Shown here: piece after piece, positions 46,870 through 58,517 of the stretch
How the letters are laid out: every line of letters starts with the position of its first letter
Numbering within the stretch: position 1 is the stretch's first letter
The notes under the pieces: model-generated
The model's database searches: none
What the model was told of the DNA's origin: nothing
Seen by the model: the letters and a program-made list of their open reading frames with translations, nothing else
Assembly: GCA_019828565.1 (NCBI GenBank)
Contig: JAHDYR010000024.1
Span: 132,534 to 196,533, forward strand
Reading direction: 5' to 3'
Length of the DNA stretch: 64,000 nt
From: Carpediemonas membranifera BICM
Lineage: Eukaryota; Protista; Fornicata
Program-made: the position numbers and the translations under genes

Positions 46870-47354
46870 GAGTAAAGGATTGATATACCGACCGTATCGC
46901 TTATGTTTATGTGACCTTGAGGTTGATTCGCGGTTTGTAGGTGGGTATGGTGCTATATTACTCAGCCTGCTGTATATGTCTAGTCTACAGCCTGTATGCA
47001 GCTGTCTGTGGTGGTAAATATCGTCGGCTGGCCGAGAAAGCATAAACTGCACACTTGTGCATTCGAGTACAGTGACGAAATCCCTCAATATGCTACCAGC
47101 AGTGCACTTAATAACCAATATCAACGCCGAAACGCGTGTAGTTTGGAGCCGTCCAGTTTTTTGCGCTAGTAATGCCTCCAAAACCCTTTTAATCAACATC
47201 ATCTTCTGTTATCGACCATGTCAACGAGAATGATCAGAATAAACGACGATTTGGCACTGAATGAACCTTGTAATGAGACTGGTCAAGCCTGTGGACACGA
47301 AAACAGCTCTCAATAACAACATCAAGAAGGCAAGACATGAAGATGGTTTAAATG

Positions 47355-48290
47355 GAGGAGAGCCCCAGGGGAAGAGAGCCGGGGGGAAGAGCGCCCGGGG
47401 GAAGAGAGCCCCAGGAGAGCCCCCGGGGGAAGAGCGCCCGGAGGAAGAGAGCCCCAGGGGAAGAGCCCCCGGGGGAAGAGCGCCCGGAGGAAGAGAGCCC
47501 CAGGAGAGCCACAGGGGAAGAGAGCCGGGGGGAAGAGCCCCAGGAGAGCCCCCGGGGGAAGAGCGCCCGGAGGAAGAGAGCCCCAGGGGAAGAGAGCCGG
47601 GGGGAAGAGCCCCAGGAGAGCCCCCGGGGGAAGAGCGCCGGGGGAAGAGCCCCAGGAGAGCCCCAGGGGAAGAGAGCCGGGGGAAGAGCGCCCGAGGAAG
47701 AGAGCCCCAGGAGAGCCCCAGGGAAGAGAGCCCCAGGAGAGCCCCAGGGGAAGAGAGCCGGGGGGAAGAGAGCCCCAGGAGAGCCGGGGGGAAGAGCCCC
47801 AGGAGAGCCCCCGGGGGAAGAGCGCCCGGAGGAAGAGAGCCCCAGGAGAGCCCCCAGGGGAAGAGAGCTGGGGGAAGAGCCCCAGGAGAGCCGGGGGGAA
47901 GAGCCCCAGGAGAGCCCCCGGGGGAAGAGCGCCCGGAGGAAGAGAGCCCCAGGAGAGCCCCCGGGGGAAGAGCGCCGGGGGGAAGAGCCCCAGGAGAGCC
48001 CCAGGGGAAGAGAGCCGGGGGGAAGAGCCCCAGGAGAGCCCCCAGGGGAAGAGCGCCCGGAGGAAGAGAGCCCCAGGAGAGCCCCAGGGGAAGAGAGCCG
48101 GGGGGAAGAGCCCCAGGAGAGCCCCGGGGGAAGAGCGCCCGGAGGAAGAGAGCCCCAGGAGAGCCACAGGGGAAGAGAGCCGGGGGGAAGAGCGCCCGGA
48201 GGAAGAGAGCCCCAGGAGAGCCCCAGGGGAAGAGAGCCGGGGGGAAGAGCCCCAGGAGAGCCACCGGGGGGAGAGCACGGGGGAGAGAGC
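47355..48290 (+). repeat. Complex purine-rich minisatellite (GGGGAAGAG[AG]CC / CCAGGAGAGCC modules)
   Basis: Directly visible; nearly T-free on the + strand. Confidence 0.95.
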
Positions 48291-48295
48291 ATATT

Positions 48296-48643
48296 GGGGC
48301 CCCGAAAACGCCAGCACCAGCGCAAGTAAGCTATTCTATTACAAAATGCTTCACTTGCGCTGGTACTACAGCGTTTTCGGGGCCCTTTGCCCATCTTTCG
48401 TTGTCTGATTTTTTTTCGTGCAGAATTCAAACGAGTGCCGCCTGGAAGAGGCTGAGCAGCGGAGCTAGGCACCTGCGGCACCACTCGTCTGGCCCAGCTC
48501 CCGGGTATGCTCCAGAAAATTCTGGTGCAGATTTGGGAGCAGAAATGTCGACGAACCCCGAAAACGCCATAACCGGCACCAGTGAGCGCATCTTCGTTGA
48601 TGAAGCTCATTGGTGTTGGCATTATGGCGTTTTCGGGGTTCGA
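48296..48643. other. Twin ~90-bp imperfect hairpins with CCCCGAAAACGC arms between the two satellites
   Basis: Inverted repeats 48297-48386 and 48552-48642; also at 38350-38445 + 52358-52446 and 63185-63530. Confidence 0.8.
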
Positions 48644-48711
48644 TACTGTACTCGTGGCCTGAGGCGCCCGCACAGCGCCACCACGCCAGCAGCAGCGCCC
48701 TCACATGCCTG

Positions 48712-49022
48712 ATGCCCTCATCCTGGCGCCCTCATCCTGGCGCACTCATCCCTGGCGCCTCATCCCTGGCGCCCTCATCCATGGCGCCTCATCCCTGGCG
48801 CCCTCATCCCTGGCGCCTCATGCCTGGCGCCCTCATCCATGGCGCCTCATCCCTGGCGCCCTCATCCATGGCGCCTCATCCCTGGCGCCCTCATCCCTGG
48901 CGCCTCATCCCTGGCGCCCTAATCCATGGCGCCTCATCCCTGGCGCCTCATCCCTGGCGCCCTCATCCATGGCGCCTCATCCCTGGCGCCTCATCCCTGG
49001 CGCCTCATTTCTGGCGCCCTCA
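48712..49022. repeat. 14-16-bp minisatellite (GGCGCC[C]TCATCC[C/A]T)n, inner TIR copy
   Basis: Directly visible tandem array. Confidence 0.95.
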
Positions 49023-50685
49023 TCGCAGCGCCCACACAGCACCCCTACGCCAGCGCCCTCTGCGCCACGACGTTACCGCCCTCTGCGCCACACCCACACC
49101 GCAACCGCCAGCCCCACGCCAGCCCCGCATCACCGGCGCCCTCAACAGCAAGTTCCATCATCCACATCACTCCTTAACAACATCAACGACTCGCCTACCA
49201 CCGACAGCGATGGCGAAGTCTGCGTTGATGTCGCCAGTGCCAACCCAGTTGGCATACGCGTCGCAATGAATGTAAATGTTTACGTGTTCTCTTCGTACCT
49301 TCTATCGTCCAGGATCTGCTTTCAGACGTCCATGAGCGATCATCCCTTATCCTGCGGAGCAGCCCAACATCAGCTCCAGCGGTTCAGAGCATGCGTACAA
49401 TGCTTCCGGGGCATGTAGAGTGATCGTGTAGGAGCTTTATGACGATTCCAGGACGTGGAGTTCAGGAATACGTCCGTATTACCCAGCAAGTTTCATCATC
49501 TCCATTATTGCTGCAGTATTCAAAGTAAACGCGAACAACACGATCTATCTCCATTCATTGGCGCCTCGAGGAGCGCTTCAGTCCCTCTAGAGCGTGCGTC
49601 AGCAGCATTTCGATCGAGATTAAAAATCACCCGAATTCTAGCTCTGTTCTGGCCGCTGCAGGCACCGCTGGGCGCGATAGAGCTCGGAGCGGCGTTGTCT
49701 GCCAAAAAGAGCATATTGCTCCCGGTGAAAATTGAACCCACGATCAGGGGGCTGTGTACAAAGCCTCTTCCCTCTATGCCACGACTTATGGGAAATCCGC
49801 CCTTATTAAGCTTCCTACAGGGAATATAGGCCATTTTGGAGGTATGAGCGACTGGGAGGGGGAGTTTGGGGGACATTTACGGTGTGGCTGGAGTCTACTC
49901 GGGCAGACTATTATAACGAGGCTCAGATCAGACCTCTACGGCAGCTATACGAGGAGAAACGAGCCAAGCAGCGCGCTAGCGGCCCATGGCTGCAGCAGCG
50001 CCCAGCCAAGCTCAGCTATAGGGTCACCAGAGACCCCAAATGACGTGCTGATCAGGTCGACTCCCATCTATTGACTTGGTAATTGCAGAGGCCGTCTGAA
50101 CGCGATGTCCTAATAACCGACTTGGTCGGAGCGGTTCGGCGATGACTCCTCTGTATTCCACGCCTTCTTCTGATGCCGAAACATGCAGTCCTTTTGAGTC
50201 AACGCGCGTCCTGTCCGTCAGGCATGAAGGGCATTCAGCAGAGGCATTGCTGCGGGCTGCAGGCCGCCCTAGCGCTTCAGGATGGCCAACTGCATGATCT
50301 GGACCCATGTCTATCAAATCCATTTTGATCACATCAAACGTGTGTCAAATCCGGCAAATCGATTTTGCGATAAAAAAAGGGGCAGAGGGGAGGAAGCGAC
50401 CCATAAGGCGTACCTATGGACCATTTCCTCCACCCTGCCCGTTTTTTGAGTCTCAACTCTCAATTCGAATTTGTCCCTATGTTACTTTTTTCTAGCAGGA
50501 TTTAAAGTTTGATACTGCGCATGCGTATTGCTTAGGTATAGCCAAGTACTACCATACCACTTTGAAGATCCAGCTCCGGCTCATCGTCGAGTTCATTTTT
50601 TCTTGCAACCGTAGATTATCTAGCTTTTTGAGGTCGAAGATAATCTAGGGTTTAGCAAAGATAATCTAGGGATGTTGACAGTATG

Positions 50686-52126
50686 TTCCCCATCTATGAA
50701 GTCGTGCATATCCCTGGGCGCGACAACACGGCTGCTGACAGCCTGTCAAGGCTTCCCATCATGTATATTGGGGAGAACGCTGTTCTGACTGACGACATCA
50801 AGCAATCTCGCTTCCAGTCTGTGCACAGCAGGCATCATGCCGGAGTAGACACCACCCTACACCTCTTGGAGGTTGCCGGACTCAGTTGGACTGGGGCTCG
50901 AAAGGACGTGGAGTCTTATGTAGAACGGTGTGTGACATGTCAGCGCTCACACCGTGCTCAACCAAATGTCATGTACATCGAGCGCCAGCTGCCAGCTGAC
51001 AGGCCGTTGGCCACGCTCCACGTGGATACTATCGGACCTATAACTCCTGAGGACTCGGGCTACCGGTATATCATGACATGCGTTGACGGAGGTTCCCACC
51101 TCACCCACCTTATCCCTCTTAAGAGCACTGAGGCTCGCGAGACTATTATGGCAATCCGGTCGATCATCATCGCGCGTTGGGCGTGCCCCGACCAGATTGT
51201 AACTGACAGTGGTACTCAGTTTTGCAACCATGACTTTAAGACCTTCTGCGCTACCTTCGGCATTTACCATCGCGTAACTACGCCTGAAAGGCACGAGGCA
51301 AATGGCCTCGTTGAGAGATTTAACCGGGGAGGCCAACAAGCACCTTAGGGTCGCTATTGGAACGTTATCTGATTGTCCGCGCCACCAATGGCGCAATGCT
51401 ATGTCCCAAGCGGAGATTAACATCAATGCTACCCCCAGTGTGTCACTGGGAGGCGCTACGCCTAGAGAGGTTGCTCTTTCGGCTGCACTTGTCCATCACG
51501 CTGTTAAGAACGGCGAACCTATCACTCCTGACAGATCGCATATCACTGCCGAGACGCAGGAGCGCGCTAAGAGCGTTATTGCCAAGCTACAGGCAGCTCA
51601 GCTTCACCGGAGGAGGTGGAAGGATGAGCATTTCCCTCGATTCGGTTCGAAGCAGCTCAATATCGGCGATTGGGTCCTGGTTAAGCGTGACCAGCCTGTA
51701 CCTCGTCTTGAGTTCCACTTGCGCGGACCTTATCTGGTGACAGGAGCCGCTGACGGTCCTGATACCTACAGCCTGATGAATCCTGTGACCAAGGTCATCA
51801 TCAAGCGTCATGCGAACAGACTCGCAAAGCTCCCTCGTAAGCCCTCTGTTGGAGAGGCCAAGGTTGCGTTCATGTCCGACACTGTCTGGGGTGTCGTAGA
51901 CTCTATCGTTGGTTGGCGTCTTGAAGCCGACACTCTCGAGCCAGTTCTGACTGTTCACTGGCTTGGGCATGAATCAGATGAAGACAGCGAGCGGCGTTAC
52001 ACTGAGATCAAGACGCTCTCCGCTCTCACCCACTATCGTTCATCTCACCCTGACCTTGACCGTGCGATCAAGGCTTTCGAGGCCAAGCCTCAGTCCGGTC
52101 ACAGACGTGCCAACAGACTGGACTAG
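50686..52126 (+). pseudogene. pol: G2 RNase H end + integrase with GPY/F motif and chromodomain-like C-terminus (one frameshift ~51327)
   Basis: ADSLSR; H..HAG..CVTCQ; HVDTIG, TDSG, NGLVER; GPYLV; VDSIVGWR...VHWLGHESDEDS. Confidence 0.9.
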
Positions 52127-52452
52127 TTCCTCTGGAGGGGAATGTAGTGTGAGATAAACTGCACCCTGTTCACATCAGTCCATTGTGGCGACAACATTTC
52201 TGCTCCCAAATCTGCACCAGAATTTTCTGGAGCATACCCGGGAGCTGGGCCAGACGAGTGGTGCCGCAGGTGCCTAGCTCCGCTGCTCAGCCTCTTCCAG
52301 GCGGCACTCGTTTGAATTCTGCACGAAAAAAAATCAGACAACGAAAGATGGGCAAAGGGCCCCGAAAACGCTGTAGTACCAGCGCAAGTGAAGCATTTTG
52401 TAATAGAATAGCTTACTTGCGCTGGTGCTGGCGTTTTCGGGGCCCCAATATG

Positions 52453-53830
52453 CTCTCTCCCCCGTGCTCTCCCCCCGGTGGCTCTCCTGGGGCTCTTCCC
52501 CCCGGCTCTCTTCCCCTGGGGCTCTCTTCCTCCGGGTGCTCTCCCCCCGGTGGCTCTCCTGGGGCTCTTCCCCCCGGCTCTCTTCCCCGGGGGCTCTCCT
52601 GGGGCTCTTCCCCCCGGCTCTCTTCCCCTGGGGCTCTCTTCCTCCCCGGTGGCTCTCCTGGGGCTCTTCCCCCCGGCTCTCTTCCCCTGGGGCTCTCTTC
52701 CCCCTGGCGCTCTTCCCCCGGGGGCTCTTCCCCCGGTGGCTCTCCTGGGGCTCTTCCCCCCGGCTCTCTTCCCCTGGGGCTCTCCTGGGGCTCTTCCCCC
52801 CGGCTCTCTTCCCTGGGGCTCTCTTCCCCTGGCGCTCTTCCCCGGTGGCTCTCTTCCCCAGGCTCTCCCCTGGGGCTCTTCCCCCTGGCGCTCTTCCCCC
52901 GGGGGCTCTCCTGGGGCTCTTCCCCCCGGCTCTCTTCCCCTGGGGCTCTCTTCCTCCGGGTGCTCTCCCCCCGGTGGCTCTCCTGGGGCTCTTCCCCCTG
53001 GCGCTCTTCCCCCGGGGGCTCTTCCCCCGGTGGCTCTCCTGGGGCTCTTCCCCCGGCTCTCTTCCCTGGGGCTCTCCTGGGGCTCTTCCCCGGCTCTCTT
53101 CCCTGGGGCTCTCCTGGGGCTCTCTTCCCCCGGCTCTCTTCCCCTGGGGCTCTCCTGGGGCTCTTCCCCCCGGCTCTCTTCCCCTGGGGCTCTCTTCCTC
53201 CGGGTGCTCTCCCCCCGGTGGCTCTCCTGGGGCTCTTCCCCCCGGCTCTCTTCCCCTGGGGCTCTCCTGGGGCTCTCTTCCCCCGGCTCTCTTCCCCTGG
53301 GGCTCTCCTGGGGCTCTTCCCCCCGGCTCTCTTCCCCTGGGGCTCTCCTGGGGCTCTCTTCCCCCGGCTCTCTTCCCCTGGGGCTCTCCTGGGGCTCTCT
53401 TCCCCCGGCTCTCTTCCCTGGGGCTCTCCTGGGGCTCTCTTCCCCAGCTCTCTTCCCCTGGGGCTCTCCTGGGGCTCTTCCCCCCGGCTCTCTTCCCCTG
53501 GGGCTCTCTTCCCCCTGGCGCTCTTCCCCCGGGGGCTCTTCCCCCGGTGGCTCTCCTGGGGCTCTTCCCCCTGGCGCTCTTCCCCCGGGGGCTCTCCTGG
53601 GGCTCTTCCCCCCGGCGCTCTTCCCCTGGGGCTCTCCTGGGGCTCTTCCCCCCGGCTCTCTTCCCCTGGGGCTCTCTTCCTGCCGCTCTCCCTCCCGTGC
53701 GCCATACCCCAGCGCTCTCATGCTGCTCTCCCTCCCGTGCGCCATCCCCCGGCGCTCTCCTGCCGCTCTCCCTCCCGTGCGCCATCGCCCGGCGCTCTCA
53801 TGCTGCTCTCCACCGCCGTTATCCTCCCGG
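52453..53830 (-). repeat. Complex purine-rich minisatellite, outer TIR copy (pyrimidine-rich on +)
   Basis: Reverse complement of the 47355-48290 module set with a different module order; ends in GCTCTCCCTCCCGTGCGCCAT repeats. Confidence 0.95.
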
Positions 53831-54743
53831 CGCTTGTTTCTTGGCCGCTCGCTCTCTATATTGAAGTTAAATGGTGTTTATTACTCCTATTGATGGTAAT
53901 AAGGCCTCATCAGTGCTTCGCACGGCTAACAACTAACGCCACAGCTGAAACTGATGATTCACTACGTTAAACGAGAAAGTGAGTGAACCGTTTGTTGATA
54001 TTGTTAAAAAGTCTTGATCTGCGCACCAAACGCTCCTGTTACTGTCTTAATTGCCGATATCGTAGTGGCCAATTGGCCACTATTTCGCACTTTATGCTCG
54101 CAACGAGACTGAAATGAGGAACTTAAGAATAGAAAGAATACTGGCGGCTTTAACGTAGTAGGCATGTGCACAACACTAAGAAACATCAGTAAGCGGGCGC
54201 AGAGCATCATTAAAGCAACAATAATCCCTAAACAACATCAATCATCATAAGTCCATCAGGACCATACGATATGAACAATAAATGAACCACAGAGCAGTAT
54301 AGATGATTTGAGAGTACCAGGCATGGCCAGAATACCGCAATTATCGTCCGTTCATCCACGTGACCTCCATCTTGGTCGGTATCCAGAGAACGCCCGTCAG
54401 ACGCTTGCAACGGAACATTTAGGGGAGCATCCTGAATGGGGCCAGATTTGAGGGACCCTTGGTCTGACATGCCATGACCGAGCACTCTAGGGGCCTCCAC
54501 AGTGCGTCCCGAGGTACGTTAGAGCACCACAGACTTGGTGTGTCTTAGCCTGCACCGCCCGAAAGCTCGCCGGATCACTCCCCATACGTTATATCGCCAT
54601 TCAGTCCACATAATGGATGTTTTCGGAGCGATTATATCCCCCGTTTGTATGGTATAACGTTTCCGACACCCCGTTGCCTACGGTTACTGGCAATTTTCTC
54701 ATCTCTGTTATATGTCCATTATTGGGATATAACGAAGAGAAGA

Positions 54744-56619
54744 ATGACGTTCGAATTCCTTCACGAGTGGATCGAGAGCACCTCAGATGATGTGATTGAG
54801 GCCGTTATCACCGAATTCAAGGAGAAGAAGACAAACAAGGCGAAGAGTGCCGTTCTTCGGGACAAATTGCTCGACGAGAACGATATCTTCGATATAGTCG
54901 TCAATAACGGTACGTAATTGGTGCAAATGTTTATATAGGGATCAACTTCAACCACCTGTGCTCATATTTCGAGATTCAGGGCGTGAAGAAGGCAGAACTC
55001 GAGGCATTGCTGTCTCAGCAGGTGCAGGATAAGACCTCGAACGAGATCATCGAGGCAACCTTCACGGAGAAGGAGATGAAGGCGTTTGAGTCGGCCGCTG
55101 TCACAGCCTTCAAGAACTCCAAGAGGGCTGAGTATGCCAAGGAGAATGAGGGCGCGCGTATCGAAAAAGAGGCGCTGAGTGTCAAGGTTCGGGCGTGGCG
55201 CAACGCGACATCCACCAACGCGCTTGTGCGCGACCATGTCACAGCAATGGTTGCCAGGGTGCGCAGCAAGGAGGCAGACCTTGCTTACATGAAGCACTCC
55301 TGCCGCTCGTACTTCGAAGAGTACATCATCGCCCTGGAATGGTTGGAGACCCCCGCGGGAGAAGGTACGCCCCTGCTCCCCCAGGTACTGGCGCTATCAT
55401 CGATTACTATCACAAAATTGTTCGAGGATACAAGAAGAGAGTCAAGCAGTTGAGGAAGAGCTTGACGGCAAAGAGTGAGGAAGTCATCACGCTGCATCGA
55501 CGCCTTCTGCAGCAGCAGGCTGAGCGAGAGGCAGCCTATGACGCTGACAAGTCCATGGATGCATCACTCCCATGCAGCCCCATCCCGCCACAGTCTGGCA
55601 CAGTCTCCAGGACTTCCTGTCCCCGACGCGATACGGACGAGGCGCAGGCAGCCATGTCTGTGAAGCGCAAGGCCCTCATCATCACGCCCGAGAAGGCCAG
55701 GCCAGAGGACTCGGAGGAGGAGTCAGAGGAGGAAGAGGAGCCAGTGGAGGAGGGTGAGGCAGAGGAGGAGGAGCAGGAGGACGAGATGGCTGAGTCAGAG
55801 GTGAATGCAGAGTCAGAGGAGAAGCGTGAGGCAGATAAGGAGCAAGAGGCAGACAACGAGGTGGCATTCGAGGCTGAGTCGGACGTTGAATATGTCCAGG
55901 TCGACCACGTCGACCCAGCTTCCGAGCAGATGAGGAGCAGGGAAGTCAAGTTTAGAGTTGACGTCGCCAATCAGCTGGAGAAGAGCAAGCAGTGGGTCAG
56001 ATACAAAACCCTGCCCCACGGCAACTGTATAACACACTGCCTCATGATGATCGAGGGCGTCACGGAGCCTCATGCGTTCAAGAGCTGGGAGACGATGACG
56101 AATGAAGAGCAGTGTGCAGCGGAGACGAAGGCGGACAACTACCGCGAGCAGATATACAAGGAAGCGATAGAGATGAACCGGCGGGCCACTCCGGGGTACA
56201 GGCGACCCGAGGAGGGTCTCCGGGACGAACTTTTCCATGAAGTGTGCAGTGTACACACTGTCACGGAGGAGGGCAACATCGGTAAGCCAATCATGCAGGA
56301 GAAGTGGTTGACTCAGTGGGCTGTTGAAGCCTGGTGCTCAATGACTGGAAAGTCCGTTGCATACCTCCATGTTGTCCGGGATTTTGACCCAAAGATCGAT
56401 CCAGTCGTCGGCATGTACGTTTTTAGCAAGTCTGAGGAGGGCAAGGTGACACATGTCGCGTTTAAGCCCAACGAAAACGGCCAGAGCGCCCTGGCGTGTT
56501 TTGCCCAACAGTGTCGCGAGTGGAAAATCGAGTATGCGGTCGAAGTGACAAGGGGACACGCCACTCTGCGCAAGGTTCCTCCCGGGCTGAAGAGGAGGAG
56601 ATGGTCAGTGAAGAAGTAA
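54744..56619 (+). CDS. OTU-like protein copy 2, predicted 3 exons (54744-54909, 54939-55364, 55385-56619; 608 aa), different N-terminal half from copy 1
   Basis: Two GTACG...AG introns (29 and 20 nt) join three ORFs in frame; from ~55687 nearly identical to 45937-46869. Confidence 0.6.
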
Positions 56620-57105
56620 GAGTAAAGGATTGATATACCGACCGTATCGCTTATGTTTATGTGACCTTGAGGTTGATTCGCGGTTTGTAGGTGGGTATGG
56701 TGCTATATTACTCAGCCTGCTGTATATGTCTAGTCTACAGCCTGTATGCAGCTGTCTGTGGTGGTAAATATCGTCGGCTGGCCGAGAAAGCATAAACTGC
56801 ACACTTGTGCATTCGAGTACAGTGACGAAATCCCTCAATATGCTACCAGCAGTGCACTTAATAACCAATATCAACGCCGAAACGCGTGTAGTTTGGAGCC
56901 ATGCATTCAAATGGCTGATAATGCATTCGTCCTTTTCTTAATACAACATCAACTCCTTTTCTCCGCAATGCAGATGAGAATGCCTATTCTCGCGATCTAT
57001 AACTACCAATCATGTTTTCATTCTTTACTCATACTTGCCACAGATGCACACATCCAGTGAGATCTCTCCTTCCTCATGGACATCGATGTCTAACCATTGC
57101 CCGTC

Positions 57106-58517
57106 TGGTAACCTACAAGATACTTAGTCTGAACACAGAGGGACACATAGGAAGAGGAAAGGACTTCACGGCGTCTATGGCAACGGCGAGCTGGCCCAAG
57201 GCGCTGACCTGAAGAGAGAAATTAGCAGACTATGCCCCCTATGCTCGGAGGAGTCGGAGGTGAGCCTGTTCTACAGGATCATTAGGGAAAAGCCAGGACC
57301 AGCAAGGAAGCAGGAAATGATCAGGGAGTGGGCAGAGGGCCAGAGGCTAGGATCGGCAGCGCACATAATCTGTGAATGCCCGGCAGTAGACAGGGGAGAA
57401 GCTTGGACAAAGCTGTGGACAGCAGCGAAGCACAAAACTAAGGACTTGGAAGTAAGGCAGGGCCCCCAGGGCGAATGGTACCAGGAAAGACCCATCCTAG
57501 AATTACAGCAACTAATAATATGGGGCTCGGAGGACATTTGGGAAGGCCTCACGGCAGGACTACGGGAACTGGCAAAGGTTTACAACAGCTTCAAGGTGGA
57601 ATAGAAGCATGTCATGAACCCCTGACTCCAGGACCGGGAAGGGATGGACAAGGAATCAGCCATGGACCACCCTCGCTGGGTGCTAAGCTCCTGGGATCAG
57701 TGAGGAAAGGCCCCACGTATCCCGGTAGCCAGGAACCAAAGCAAGGGAAGGAACGACTGCAAGGAAATAACAGGAAGGACAGACCAGAAATAAGAAAGAA
57801 AGGACATGCAACAAGGACAGAGCAAGGATAAGGTCAAGGAAATCCATATCCATATGGTTGCACCACTCGTTGGGACCCCAAGGAAACTGCAGGGACTGGC
57901 CACGGGGGTCGGAGGGGCACAGGTGCCCCTGCCGCCCTTGTTAACGACATGGGAAACCAAGGACATGTAGTGCAAGCGAAATGTTGTAAGGGGTAACAGG
58001 ACAACCAGGCCTAGTGCCTGGGGGTACACCACCCATGCCCTGACCCACGCCACCTAACCGGGGTAGACAGCATGGACTTAGTCACTTTCCCCGCCTTCGG
58101 GTAGGCTTCTTAACAGAGTCGAGGGGGCATGGAATTGGGGAACCGGACAGACGAGAGGGTGCCGTGGCTGAACGGCTCTACAAGGACTGCAGGGAAGCAA
58201 GGAGTGTCATAGTCAAGGTTCTGCAGGACGATCCTGCCTGTCAATGCCCCGAGGACAGACCCCCAGGCTCCCCGGATAGTTGCCGGACTTTCAGGGAGAC
58301 AGGAAAGCATATTTGCACGGAGATGGCCGCAGGGCCTCTGGGGCGATTGGAATCGGCTTTCCGCGGAGACAGTAGCACCGAAAGCCCAAGGCAAACGCTG
58401 CTGACCAGTTTGCCACGGGAAATAGGCAGTACCCCGGGGCACTCAGCTCCAAGACAACGGGAAACAAGCTCAGTCCGGGGTCAGAATCCAAGCACCATAA
58501 ATTTCTTTCTTCTTTCT
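57106..58517 (+). mobile_element. Internally deleted LINE-A derivative (1.4 kb)
   Basis: 15-bp TSD TAACCATTGCCCGTC (57091-57105, 58518-58532); first ~84 nt = LINE-A 3790-3707, remainder = 2014-688; TTTC tail. Confidence 0.92.

Larger units (their letters stand above)
43183..47150. mobile_element. Internal cassette bounded by 111-bp inverted repeats (possible nested non-autonomous DNA transposon)
   Basis: 43183-43293 is the imperfect reverse complement of 47040-47150 (GGCTCCAAACTACACGCG...); third copy 56790-56900. Confidence 0.7.
41630..50685. mobile_element. TIR DNA element, inner copy (9056 bp, end B left, end A right; inverted relative to the outer copy)
   Basis: 75-bp TIRs 41630-41704 and 50611-50685; 2-bp TSD TT; removal restores G2 pol RWALEMARF-PIYEVVHIPG. 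Confidence 0.92.
38452..52193 (+). mobile_element. Ty3/gypsy (chromodomain-bearing) retrotransposon G2 with 51-bp LTRs, interrupted by the inner TIR element
   Basis: Identical LTRs 38452-38502 and 52143-52193 (TG...CA); 5-bp TSD ACATT; PPT GGAGGGGAA just before the 3' LTR. Confidence 0.93.

Noticed and set aside
47221-48712. 300-480-aa ORFs in all frames (GGRAPGEP / LFPPALFP repeats)
   Set aside because: Artefact of a stop-free minisatellite; module order and frame differ between copies
48712-49022. Telomeric or CRISPR repeats
   Set aside because: Variable 14-16-bp units internal to a TIR element, no spacers, not terminal
52123-53970. 430-595-aa ORFs on both strands
   Set aside because: Same satellite artefact
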